Below, piece by piece: positions 9,337-18,236 of a DNA stretch of 64,000 bases (the first letter of the stretch is position 1; each line of letters opens with the position of its first letter). This DNA comes from Lysobacterales bacterium (GTDB taxonomy: Bacteria > Pseudomonadota > Gammaproteobacteria > Xanthomonadales > SZUA-38). Under the pieces are notes generated by a model, which saw only the letters and a program-made list of their open reading frames with translations, searched no databases and was not told the origin of the DNA. The translations under genes and the position numbers were made by a program. The DNA lies in NCBI GenBank assembly GCA_033722075.1, contig JAWVZU010000002.1, positions 3,266-67,265 on the forward strand, given 5' to 3'.

Positions 9337-9366
9337 AAAGGGGCGCTCTGCGCCCCTTTTCTTATT
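9337..9366 (+). terminator. Rho-independent terminator of the 7732-9309 gene
   Basis: Perfect 10-bp stem AAAGGGGCGC / GCGCCCCTTT with loop TCT, followed by the T-rich tail TCTTATT. It begins 28 nt after the stop codon. Confidence 0.8.
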
Positions 9367-9514
9367 GGGGAAGCGGAACCTTTTCCCTATGATGGAATCG
9401 AAGCTGGCGCGGGTTGGTGGCAGGAATCTTCCGGGAGCCGACCCTAAATTAATTCTTAACACGTGAACTGCCAGCCTGATTTAGAATTGTTGCTCTCCAG
9501 ATTCGGAGTGGACG

Positions 9515-10546
9515 ATGAAAAAAGAACTACAGATCATGATTGCCGCCGCCGCGTTCACCGCGTCGGCAGGCGCCCAAAACAACCTGACCCTGAGCACGGA
9601 TGAAACCGTCACCACCGATGATTGCACAGTGATTCTCCGGTCGGGCGCCGCCGTGGAATTCACTACCGATGGTCTTACGGCCGAGGTGGAAGGTAATCCG
9701 GACGGATGCCTGGCAACAGGCCTGTCCGGTGGCGGTGCTGTGGCCCTTGACGCGGCGCCGTTTGACGAGGTCGAAGAAAATACGACCGTGACCCTGACCT
9801 GGGACGTTCCGGCGAACCACGACTGTACCCTGACCCGGAACGGCGCCACGTTTTTCAGCGATTCCCAGATCGACGCGAATACCTCCACGACCGATACGGT
9901 CAGTGGTGACGTGACTTACCGGATGAACTGCACCAACAGCAAGACTGACCCGCAGTTTGCGCCCGGAACGGAGTCCGCCTTTGCGACCGCGCTGGTCACC
10001 GTCTTGAACAGCGGCGGTGGCGGCGGCGGTGGTGTCGGCGAGTTCTGTGATGCGCAGCCCACCGGCCTCTCCCGGGTTGATCCGGTCGAGTTCCTCTCCA
10101 ACCGCCTCATCGAGGGCAGTTCCTCGACCTACGAGGGTATCTGGGGCCCCTGGGGCGATAGCTCGAGCACCATCTATGTCGAGATGAGCAACGGGCAATA
10201 TGCCTCGCTTCCGTTTGTCATCAGTAATACGCGATCGGACGATTTCGCGATCATGGTCTGGGACCAGATTTCCGAAAGCCCCGAGCAGGTGCGGGTCAGC
10301 GTCTCCACCTGTATCGGTGGTCCGCTCCAGGAAACCTCAGTTCCCCAATCCGGGAATAACTCCTGTTACTTCCAGGGCAGTGGGGTGTCCGGTGGCTTCA
10401 ACATGAAGGCGATCGAATCGACCAGCGGTTGCATCCTGCAAGCCGGTGTTCAGTACTTCTTCAATATCGCATTCGTGGACGCGAACGGTAACGCGGGCTG
10501 CACGCTTCCTGGAGGAAACTGCGCGTGGAACGTCAGCGAGAACTGA
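9515..10546 (+). CDS. Secreted Cys-rich two-domain protein of unknown function (343 aa)
   Basis: Signal peptide MKKELQIMIAAAAFTASAGA/QN with RBS GGAGTGG. The N-terminal beta-rich region and the Cys-rich C-terminal domain are joined by a G7 linker (SGGGGGGGVGE). Confidence 0.75.
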   Translation: MKKELQIMIAAAAFTASAGAQNNLTLSTDETVTTDDCTVILRSGAAVEFTTDGLTAEVEGNPDGCLATGLSGGGAVALDAAPFDEVEENTTVTLTWDVPANHDCTLTRNGATFFSDSQIDANTSTTDTVSGDVTYRMNCTNSKTDPQFAPGTESAFATALVTVLNSGGGGGGGVGEFCDAQPTGLSRVDPVEFLSNRLIEGSSSTYEGIWGPWGDSSSTIYVEMSNGQYASLPFVISNTRSDDFAIMVWDQISESPEQVRVSVSTCIGGPLQETSVPQSGNNSCYFQGSGVSGGFNMKAIESTSGCILQAGVQYFFNIAFVDANGNAGCTLPGGNCAWNVSEN

Positions 10547-12006
10547 TCGGCGCTGCGGCACGGCTCGCCGCATCCGCCATCACCCTGGGGTGCCTAGCAG
10601 CACCCCTTTTTGCGAGCGACCTCGGTCCCGGCGTGCTGGCCCGCCTGGGCCAGGCCGAAGTGACCCAGGCCGACGTCAACGCAGCCCTGCTCGATGTGCC
10701 GGCAGACAAGCGCGACGGCGTCATGAACAGCCCCGACCGGGTCGGCAACCTGCTCCAGACGATCCTCCTGCGACGCGCAATCGTGGCCGATGCGGACCGC
10801 TTCCTGTCCCGATCGGAGATGCGCAAGGCACGGGAGAGCGCACAGGAGGAAGCGCTGGCAACCCTCGCCCTGGAGATGATTCCGGTCGTCAACGACGAGC
10901 GCGCAATCGAACAACGGGCACGCCAGCTCTACGAACGAGAGGCGGCCGCCGCTGCCCGAACCGTTGTAAGCTTCGACCTGATTACCGTTCAGGCAGATGC
11001 GCATGGCTGGGACGGTGCGGAGCGAGTGGCTGCAGAGCAATACGCTGTGCTCCAGGCCGGTGACACGGTCGAAGAGAGCGAAGGAATTACCGTCCGACGC
11101 TTTCAGGACGTGGATCGAACCCAGATTGCCGACGAGTTTCGCGAGCGGATTAGCGACATGCAACCAGGCACTGTCAGCAAACCTTATCCGATGGTCGTAG
11201 GCTATCAGATCCTCGTCTACCGCGGTGCTGAAACACGCCCGCCACCTTCTTTCGAGGATACCCGCTCAACCTGGATGGCGCGTGCGCGGGACGACCTGGC
11301 CGCGGCAGGCCGGCGGGAATTGGCTCAACTGCACGACGAGGCTGGACTGGCAGACCTGGCGAAGGAAGCGGGCCTGGACAATGAGCCGACCGGTGCAGCA
11401 TACCTGCGCCAGGCCGAAGAGGAGGCCCTCCTGGCGGAACTCAAGAACGCGTATTTCGAAGAAGAACTGCAGGGGGACTATTCCGCGCTGGTGCGCGAAC
11501 GCTATGTCACGAGCCGGGCGCAGCATCGCACCCAGCCGCAGGCTGATATCGCGCTGGTGCGGGTTCGCGGTATGCCGGCCGTTGATCAAGGTGAGCTCCG
11601 GGAAAAGCTGGACTCGTACGTCCGCGAGCAGGGGCTCGGCGGATTCGATGAGCGGGTCAAGGCCCTCACCGGCGTGCCCGCAGTCATGGCGTCCTACCAG
11701 CGCCAGGTCCCCTTCAAGATTCTCCGGGATTCCACGGAATTCGCGCTGTACGAGATGCTCGAGCGGGATTGGGTCGCCCATGTTTCGGAGACCGATGGCA
11801 TCGTCAGTTTCGTCGCGATGGCAAACTACGTGCCGTCGCGCCAGAAGGAGTTCGCGGAGGTCGAGGAAGACCTCATGGCCTCCGTTAGCAAGGAGCTCCG
11901 AGAAGCCGCCTGGCGACGCTTTACCGATCCTTACTACAAGCTGGAGCTGGAAGCCGATCCGGAGGCAATTGCCGCCCTGAGAGTGCCCGGCATGGAAGGC
12001 GGCTAA
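10525..12006 (+). CDS. SurA/PpiD-like periplasmic chaperone with two degenerate parvulin-like domains
   Basis: GTG start overlaps the end of the previous gene by 22 nt. Signal peptide ...ITLGCLAAPLFA/SD. SurA-N-like helix bundle (GQAEVTQADVNAALLDVPADKRD...LLQTILLRRAIVADA). Parvulin-like ending PGTVSKPYPMVVGYQILVY. A second, weaker repeat lies in the C-terminal half. The start codon is uncertain. Confidence 0.7.
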   Translation: MERQRELIGAAARLAASAITLGCLAAPLFASDLGPGVLARLGQAEVTQADVNAALLDVPADKRDGVMNSPDRVGNLLQTILLRRAIVADADRFLSRSEMRKARESAQEEALATLALEMIPVVNDERAIEQRARQLYEREAAAAARTVVSFDLITVQADAHGWDGAERVAAEQYAVLQAGDTVEESEGITVRRFQDVDRTQIADEFRERISDMQPGTVSKPYPMVVGYQILVYRGAETRPPPSFEDTRSTWMARARDDLAAAGRRELAQLHDEAGLADLAKEAGLDNEPTGAAYLRQAEEEALLAELKNAYFEEELQGDYSALVRERYVTSRAQHRTQPQADIALVRVRGMPAVDQGELREKLDSYVREQGLGGFDERVKALTGVPAVMASYQRQVPFKILRDSTEFALYEMLERDWVAHVSETDGIVSFVAMANYVPSRQKEFAEVEEDLMASVSKELREAAWRRFTDPYYKLELEADPEAIAALRVPGMEGG

Positions 12007-12021
12007 ACGTCGGCGACCGTC

Positions 12022-12804
12022 ATGTTGCTGAGCCGGACCGAGGTTGCCGTATTCCGCCTTCTGCTCTGGCGGTACGCCCGCGAACGTTATCTCCAGAACT
12101 GGGCAGGCCCACTGTGGGTCATCCTGGTACCGCTGGCCCAGCTCGCAATCTACGCCTTCGTGTTCGTCGAGATCTTCAAGGCACGGGTCCCGGAGGCGGA
12201 CACGGTGGGTTTCGTGCCCTATCTGGCCGTTGCCTTCTGGCCGTGGACAGCGTTTGCCGATGCGGTGATGCGGGCGACGCCTTCGGTGGTCGAGAACCGG
12301 GACCTGATCGGCAAGGTGGCGCTCCCGGCGGAGGCGCTCCCTGCGGCCAGTGCTTCGGCAACATTTCTCCTGACCCTGGCCGGCTACGTGGCGGTGCTGA
12401 TCGTCCTAGCCGCGACGGGTACGCCTATTGGTCTGGTGGGGCTGCCCCTGATGCTGACCATGGTGCTTTGCACCTACTTTCTGGCCTTGGGCCTCTCCCT
12501 TCTCTTCAGCGCCCTGCAGGTCTACGCTCGCGACCTCAATCATGCGCTCGGTCCGCTGTTCATGCTGTGGTTCTTTACCACCCCGATTCTCTATTCCATT
12601 GACCTGATTCCCGAGCGTCTGCGTGGTCTCGCTCAGCTGAATCCGTTCTATTACATCGTCAGCCGCATTCGCGATGCGCTGCTTTTCGATGCTCCCCGTT
12701 TCCGCTTGGCAGATATCGCGTTCCTCGTCGCGAGTGCGCTTTTCATGCTGCTCTGCGTTGCCGTTTTTCGCCGTCTCTCGCGCCGCTTCGAAGACTACCT
12801 ATGA
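12022..12804 (+). CDS. wzm: ABC-2 type polysaccharide/O-antigen export permease
   Basis: 260 aa with about 6 TM segments. The ABC-2 N-terminus is typical (LLWRYARERYLQNWAGPLWVILVPLAQLAIYAFVF). ATGA overlap with the ATPase gene. Confidence 0.85.
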   Translation: MLLSRTEVAVFRLLLWRYARERYLQNWAGPLWVILVPLAQLAIYAFVFVEIFKARVPEADTVGFVPYLAVAFWPWTAFADAVMRATPSVVENRDLIGKVALPAEALPAASASATFLLTLAGYVAVLIVLAATGTPIGLVGLPLMLTMVLCTYFLALGLSLLFSALQVYARDLNHALGPLFMLWFFTTPILYSIDLIPERLRGLAQLNPFYYIVSRIRDALLFDAPRFRLADIAFLVASALFMLLCVAVFRRLSRRFEDYL

Positions 12805-13859
12805 CCGATTGCCTGATCCGTCTGCGAGGTGTCAGCAAGGCGTTTCCCGTTTCCGGAAGCCGCCTTGCGCGACGTGCCAAATCCTGGCGGACGGTTCTTC
12901 ACGGCATCGACCTGGAGCTGCACAAGGGCGAGTCACTCGCGGTGCTCGGGGAAAACGGTGCCGGGAAATCGACCCTGCTCAAGATTATTGCCGGGGTCGC
13001 CCGTGCGACCGCCGGGGAAGTCGCGGTTCAGGGGACCTTCGGCGCCCTGATCGAACTGGGGGCCGGCTTCCATCCGGAGCAGACCGGTCTGGAGAACCTG
13101 AAGGCGGGGGCGACCCTGATGGGTGTGCCGAGGGACGAAATCGGGGAGATTACGGAGCAGGCGATGGCCTTCTCCGGGCTGCGGGACCACGCCGACAAAC
13201 CCCTGAAGCATTACTCGTCGGGGATGGTCGTGCGCCTCGGCTTTGCGATGATTGCCTCCATTCGTCCGGATCTCCTGATCAGCGACGAAGTTCTGGCGGT
13301 CGGTGACGAATCCTTTCAGAAGAAGTGCATTGGCTGGCTCGAGTCCTACCTTGCCGGGGGTGGTACCTTGCTGCTGGTCTCGCACAACCTCTATCACGTA
13401 CAGAAACTCTGCGAACGCGCGGTCTGGTTACATGAGGGTACGATCCGATCGGCCGGGGACACCTTCGAAGTCGTCCAGGAATACCTGGCGTTTCACGAGG
13501 CCCGGCTCGGTCGGGCTTCAACCGCGGCAAACGACGCCGGTTTACCTGGGCTGGCTTTTGCGCCTGAAGGACGGACATCCTACAGCCAGGGAGAAACGGT
13601 CGCCCTGACGCTCGATGGTTCGCCGGAAGCCCCCCTGACATGCGCCCTGCGGCGGCTGAGCGGCGATCTGATCTGGGAACGATCCCTGCCTGTAGAGGCC
13701 GCCGAGTGCGAACTCCCGACCGCCGATCTGTTGCCCGGGCGCTATGTCGTCGAGATCAGCCGGCCGGGCGCAGCGGGCGGGGTGACCCGCCTGTTCCGGA
13801 TCACCGGAGCAAGCCGCGAGTTCGGATCCCTGCGCCTCCCCCACAGCTGGGTCCAGTGA
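12801..13859 (+). CDS. wzt: Polysaccharide export ABC ATPase with C-terminal extension (Wzt-like)
   Basis: Walker [13 protein letters not shown], signature YSSGMVVRLGFA and Walker B LLISDEVLAVGDE. About 110 extra C-terminal residues look like a beta-sandwich (GETVALTLDG...GRYVVEISRP). Confidence 0.9.
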   Translation: MTDCLIRLRGVSKAFPVSGSRLARRAKSWRTVLHGIDLELHKGESLAVLGENGAGKSTLLKIIAGVARATAGEVAVQGTFGALIELGAGFHPEQTGLENLKAGATLMGVPRDEIGEITEQAMAFSGLRDHADKPLKHYSSGMVVRLGFAMIASIRPDLLISDEVLAVGDESFQKKCIGWLESYLAGGGTLLLVSHNLYHVQKLCERAVWLHEGTIRSAGDTFEVVQEYLAFHEARLGRASTAANDAGLPGLAFAPEGRTSYSQGETVALTLDGSPEAPLTCALRRLSGDLIWERSLPVEAAECELPTADLLPGRYVVEISRPGAAGGVTRLFRITGASREFGSLRLPHSWVQ

Positions 13860-14683
13860 TGACCCTCGTTGCGATGCCCGTGTACAACGCCGCTGACGCG
13901 CTTGGCCGTTGCCTCCGCTCCCTGGAACAGCACTTGCCTCCCGAACAAGCCATCGTGATCTGCGATGACGCATCGACCGATGTACGGGTCGGCGAATTGC
14001 TGGATGGGTTCTGTGACCGATCGACACGAACCTTGCTGCGAAATCCCACCAACCGGGGATTCGTCGCGACGGCCAATCGCCTGCTGGATCAGGGGCGGGA
14101 CGATGTTGTCCTGCTCAACTCTGACACGCGGGTCACGCCGAACTGGCTTGCGGCACTGGAGCGCTGCGCCGCATCGGATCCGATGATCGGCACGATCACG
14201 CCGTTTTCCAATCACGCGGAGATCTGTTCCTTTCCCGACTTCTGCCGGCCAAACCCGGTTCCCGCCGATCCCGATGCGGTCGCCCGCGCGATCGCCCGGA
14301 TCGGTCGCCCGACCTATCCGCGGTTGCCGACGGCAGTGGGATTCTGCATGTGGGTCCGGCGTCGGCTGCTCGATGAGATCGGCGCTTTCGACGAGTCGGC
14401 CTTCGGCCGCGGCTACGGCGAGGAAAACGATTTCTGCATGCGAGCTTCCGCTGCGGGTTATCATCACGTCCTGTGTGACGATGCCTATGTTGTCCACGAG
14501 GGCGGCGCGTCCTTCGCCGAGACCGGCCTGAAACCCGGCCCGGAGACCATGGCGCGACTGCTGGCCAAACACCCGGATTACGAGACTCTGGTGCATCGAT
14601 TCATCGCAACCGATCCGATTGCCGCCCGACGGGCCGAGCTGTTGGCCGGCATGAATGCCTACGAGCGCGGCCAGTTGGCCTGA
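13859..14683 (+). CDS. Family 2 glycosyltransferase
   Basis: ATG 13859 overlaps the wzt stop. GT2 hallmarks are present: MPVYNAADALGRCLRSL, ICDDASTD, LLNSDTRV, GFCMWVRRRLLDEIGAFDE..GYGEENDFCMRA. The ORF-track start at 13640 was rejected. Confidence 0.85.
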   Translation: MTLVAMPVYNAADALGRCLRSLEQHLPPEQAIVICDDASTDVRVGELLDGFCDRSTRTLLRNPTNRGFVATANRLLDQGRDDVVLLNSDTRVTPNWLAALERCAASDPMIGTITPFSNHAEICSFPDFCRPNPVPADPDAVARAIARIGRPTYPRLPTAVGFCMWVRRRLLDEIGAFDESAFGRGYGEENDFCMRASAAGYHHVLCDDAYVVHEGGASFAETGLKPGPETMARLLAKHPDYETLVHRFIATDPIAARRAELLAGMNAYERGQLA

Positions 14684-14690
14684 TCCGGAC

Positions 14691-15581
14691 ATGGAATTCA
14701 CCGGTGAAAGGTTCCTGCCCGAGTGCCAGCGCGAGATCTGGTACGAGCATTTCCATCGCTATGTCTTCGCGCGTCACCTCGCCCGGAACCGCCGTGTCCT
14801 GGATCTGGCCTGCGGGGAGGGCTATGGCGCTTCCCTGTTGTCGGACGTCGCCCGGCAGGTCATAGCGGTCGATCGATCAGGGGAGGCAGTCGTGCATGCC
14901 CGGGGCGAGTACGGGAACGACCGCCTGGTGTTGGTCCAGGGGGACGCGTCAGCGATCCCGCTGGCCGACGCGAGCGTCGATCTGGTCGTATCCTTCGAGA
15001 CCCTGGAGCATCTCGAAGCCCAGACCGAAATGGTCGGTGAATTCGCCCGGGTACTCCGAAAAGACGGCCTGGTGTTGATTTCCAGCCCGGACAAACGCAC
15101 CTATAGTGACGAGCGGGACTATACCAACGAGTTTCACGTCCGGGAGCTGTACCTTGAAGAATTCAAGGCCCTGCTCGCGGAACACTTCCCGGCGGTGCGC
15201 TTGTTCGGCCAGAAGCTGGGCTTCCACTCGGTGATCTGGGATCCCGAATCGGCCCACGGCGGCAAGGTGACCGCCGAGGCCGTCGCCCGGGATGATGCCG
15301 AACCCGGCCCCTGGCAGCCATCACCGATGTACTGGATCGGCGTGTGCGCGGCCGCTCCGGGGGCGCTGGAACGGGCGGGCCTGACGGATCTGGCCCTGTT
15401 TGCCGATACCGAGGAATCGGTCTACGCGCATTACGAGCACGAGATCCGCAAGAACATGGCTGCCGGTGGGATCATCGCCGAGCGCGACCAGCGAATCGCC
15501 GAACTCGAAGCCCGTTTGGCGGATCGGGACCACAATATGCCGGGCTGGCTGCAACGACTTACAAGAAAAATACTGAAATAA
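14691..15581 (+). CDS. Class I SAM-dependent methyltransferase with C-terminal coiled-coil tail
   Basis: Motif I VLDLACGEGYG, then motifs DLVVSFETLEHL and GLVLISSPD. The C-terminal heptad-like segment reads IIAERDQRIAELEARLADRD. Confidence 0.85.
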   Translation: MEFTGERFLPECQREIWYEHFHRYVFARHLARNRRVLDLACGEGYGASLLSDVARQVIAVDRSGEAVVHARGEYGNDRLVLVQGDASAIPLADASVDLVVSFETLEHLEAQTEMVGEFARVLRKDGLVLISSPDKRTYSDERDYTNEFHVRELYLEEFKALLAEHFPAVRLFGQKLGFHSVIWDPESAHGGKVTAEAVARDDAEPGPWQPSPMYWIGVCAAAPGALERAGLTDLALFADTEESVYAHYEHEIRKNMAAGGIIAERDQRIAELEARLADRDHNMPGWLQRLTRKILK

Positions 15582-15585
15582 CGCC

Positions 15586-17388
15586 ATGGAATTCGATATC
15601 GACTTCGGTACCTTGAACCAAGCGCCCGAGCCCGAGGATGATGGGCCTCTCTGCGCCAGCATCGACGGGATGGTTGCTCAGCTTTCCGGCGAAGAATGCG
15701 TCTTCCAGGTGCGGGATTCGGATGCGGTGCATGTCATGACGCTGGACGTGCTCCAGGCGATGAACGCAATGCGGACGTTCCGACCGCTGAAGGAGCACAT
15801 CGATCGGATCGAGCAGCAGCTCCCGGACCTGAAAGGGCGCCGGGATGCCATCGGACGCGTGATCGAGGGTCTCATGGGTCGGGGACTGGTGGTGACCTCC
15901 GACTCGATTCTCGAGACCGCGACGTCGGGGGATGAACGCGCCGAGAGCCCAACGCCGATCGTGGTGCGGACGGCCGATCGCCCGGAGCAGCTGGCGAAGC
16001 TTCTCGAGAGCCTGAGCGACCTGGAGGAAGACATGCCCGTGGTGGTGATCGACGAATCCAGCGATTCGCAAGCCGGCGAGGCCAATGCGGACCACGTTGC
16101 CGGGCTCACCGACCGACCGGCGACCTGGCTCGGTCGGGAGTGGCGCGGTCGTTTTGCGGCAGAGCTTGCCTCGTCTGCAGGCGTCGACCAGGCGGAGCTG
16201 GCCGAACTGCTGGACGAGCCGGACACCGCGGCGTTCACCGGGGGACAGGTCTGGAACGCAGCGTTGCTCCTCACCGCCGGACAACGTCCGGTGCTGCTCG
16301 ACGACGACATGCGCTGGAACCTGCGCGAACCGGGTCAGGTCCGGCCGGTCGTGAGTTTCCGCCAGTCTGCCAGAACGCCGCTCTACTTCGCGCCCGGCGA
16401 CGAGGCCCTGGAGCCGGCCCTGAGCGCTGCAGGCCGGGACTGGTTCGCGGAACATCGCCGTCTCTGCGGCTCAGGGCTTGCTGCCCTCAAGGACCTGGAA
16501 GGATTCTCGATCGACCCCGACACGCTGCGCGGCCAGAGCTACCGTGCCCTGGACCGGCTGACCCGCGAGGCGCGGATCAAAAGCACCTGTTCCGGTTACT
16601 ACGGCGACGCGGCGATGGACACCCGATTGTGGTTCTATCTCGCGCCAAACCAGGCTTCCCTTTGGCGCGACAAGTCGGCCTATTTCGACATCATGGCCCA
16701 TCCTCACGTCGCCCAGGGGTTTGGACATGTGCAGCTGGGCGAACTGAGCCAATTCACGCCGACCATGGTCGACAACACGGAATTGCTGCCTCCCGTCGCT
16801 CCCCGGGGGCGTGGCGAGGATCTCATGTTCGGCGCGCTGGTCCGTTTCCTCTACCCTCATTCGGTGTGCGTCCACCTGCCGTCGCTGATCGAACACCGCC
16901 GCGTGCGGCCCCACGACGCCGAGAACCCGGATGCCTTCGTTCCCAATGCGTCACGGTTCTTCGCCGAGTTTGCGCTGGCCCATCAGGATGAATGCGACGC
17001 ATCGGCGCCGGCCGATCGCATGGCGCTCCTGGCCATGCGCTACCGGGATATCGCCAGCGCCAGCGACGCACGCCGGCAGACCATGTTGCGTGAGTTCCTC
17101 GGCTACATGCGTTCGCAGATCGTCCACCAGCTGCAGGCCCAGCTGACCGGGAGTTCCGGATCGCCGGACTTCTGGCAACAGGCGGTGCAGGACTGGATCG
17201 AAGCGAACGGACGGGCGCTGACCGAGTCCCGGCCGCCACGCTTGCGGGGCTGGTCCGGCGACCTGGATGCCGCGGGCTGCGCGAATGCCCTCCGCTCCGA
17301 TGCGCAGCGCCACGCGCGCTGGCTGGCGCTGTGGCCCCAGGTGTGGTCGGCGGCTCAAGGGCGCTTCGAGGAGCTGATTGGTTTGTGA
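15586..17388 (+). CDS. Hypothetical 600-aa protein with a GT-A-like central region
   Basis: The ORF is in an operon context. A GT-A-like strand (TPIVVRTADRPEQLAKLLESL...PVVVIDESSD), acidic motif VLLDDDM and GEDLMFGAL are present. The N-terminal region of about 130 aa and the C-terminal region of about 200 aa match nothing I recognise. Confidence 0.65.
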   Translation: MEFDIDFGTLNQAPEPEDDGPLCASIDGMVAQLSGEECVFQVRDSDAVHVMTLDVLQAMNAMRTFRPLKEHIDRIEQQLPDLKGRRDAIGRVIEGLMGRGLVVTSDSILETATSGDERAESPTPIVVRTADRPEQLAKLLESLSDLEEDMPVVVIDESSDSQAGEANADHVAGLTDRPATWLGREWRGRFAAELASSAGVDQAELAELLDEPDTAAFTGGQVWNAALLLTAGQRPVLLDDDMRWNLREPGQVRPVVSFRQSARTPLYFAPGDEALEPALSAAGRDWFAEHRRLCGSGLAALKDLEGFSIDPDTLRGQSYRALDRLTREARIKSTCSGYYGDAAMDTRLWFYLAPNQASLWRDKSAYFDIMAHPHVAQGFGHVQLGELSQFTPTMVDNTELLPPVAPRGRGEDLMFGALVRFLYPHSVCVHLPSLIEHRRVRPHDAENPDAFVPNASRFFAEFALAHQDECDASAPADRMALLAMRYRDIASASDARRQTMLREFLGYMRSQIVHQLQAQLTGSSGSPDFWQQAVQDWIEANGRALTESRPPRLRGWSGDLDAAGCANALRSDAQRHARWLALWPQVWSAAQGRFEELIGL

Positions 17389-18236
17389 CCGCCCGCACCG
17401 ACGCGGTGGTGGTCAATTTCAATGCCGGTGAATGGTTGGCCCGCTGCGCCTTGTCCCTGCTGAAGGAGCCGGCCGTGGCCGCGCTCACGGTGGTGGACAA
17501 CGGTTCAACGGATGCCAGCATGACCGGCTTGCCGGAAGACCCGCGCGTCGCGGTGATCTCCAATCCTGACAACCGGGGCTACGCCGCAGCGGCCAACCAG
17601 GGCGCCGGGGCGGGAAGCGGCGAGTTCCTTCTTTTTTCGAACCCGGACCTGGAGCTCGTCACCGGCTCCCTGGCTACGCTGCAGGAGCTTCTCGACGCCG
17701 ATCCCGAGGTCGGAATTGCCGGTGTACAGGTCGTGGGTCCCGGCGGTCAGGAGCAACGGGCGTGTCGTCGGCGGTCACCGACGCCGGGTCGTGCCCTGAT
17801 AACCATGCTGGGCCTCGAATGGCTGGGCCTGCCGGGCGTGAACCTCCGATCCAGCATGCCGAGCGTCCCGCAGCCCCTCGACGGGGTCTCCGGGGCGCTG
17901 CTGTTCGTCCGCCGCCGCTGCTTCGAGGCCCTGGGTGGATTTGACGAGGGCTATTTCCTGCATTGCGAGGACCTCGATCTGTTCGAGCGTGCGCGTGCGG
18001 CCGGCTGGAAGATCCTGTTCGTACCGCAGGTGACCGCCCGCCATGCGAAGGGCATCAGCCAGCGGGGGCGGCGGCTTGCCTCCGAGGCTGCCAAGCACCG
18101 CGGCATGGTCCGGTATTATCGGCGCTTTCATGCCGCTTCCTGGCCGCGAGGGCTGCGCTGGTTGTGGCCCGCGCTGGTCGGGGCCCGCTTTGCACTTTTC
18201 AGTCCATTCTGGTGGGCTGCGGACCGGTTGCGATGA
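17385..18236 (+). CDS. Family 2 glycosyltransferase (rhamnosyltransferase-like)
   Basis: GTG 17385 overlaps the upstream stop (GTGA). GT2 motifs are present: VVVNFNAGEWL, VVDNGSTDAS, NRGYAAAANQG, FSNPDLEL, GALLFVRRRCFEALGGFDEGYFLHCEDLDL. Confidence 0.85.
   Translation: MTARTDAVVVNFNAGEWLARCALSLLKEPAVAALTVVDNGSTDASMTGLPEDPRVAVISNPDNRGYAAAANQGAGAGSGEFLLFSNPDLELVTGSLATLQELLDADPEVGIAGVQVVGPGGQEQRACRRRSPTPGRALITMLGLEWLGLPGVNLRSSMPSVPQPLDGVSGALLFVRRRCFEALGGFDEGYFLHCEDLDLFERARAAGWKILFVPQVTARHAKGISQRGRRLASEAAKHRGMVRYYRRFHAASWPRGLRWLWPALVGARFALFSPFWWAADRLR

Noticed and set aside
9418-9432. TGGCAG-N5-TTCC upstream of the 9515 gene as a possible sigma-54 promoter
   Set aside because: The -12 element lacks the conserved GC of TTGC. 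No enhancer-binding-protein gene is nearby. The match is too weak.
10013-10033. Run of seven glycine codons (GGC GGT GGC GGC GGC GGT GGT) as a possible slippage or phase-variation tract
   Set aside because: The repeat is imperfect at the nucleotide level, and any slippage would be in multiples of three. It is more simply an interdomain linker.
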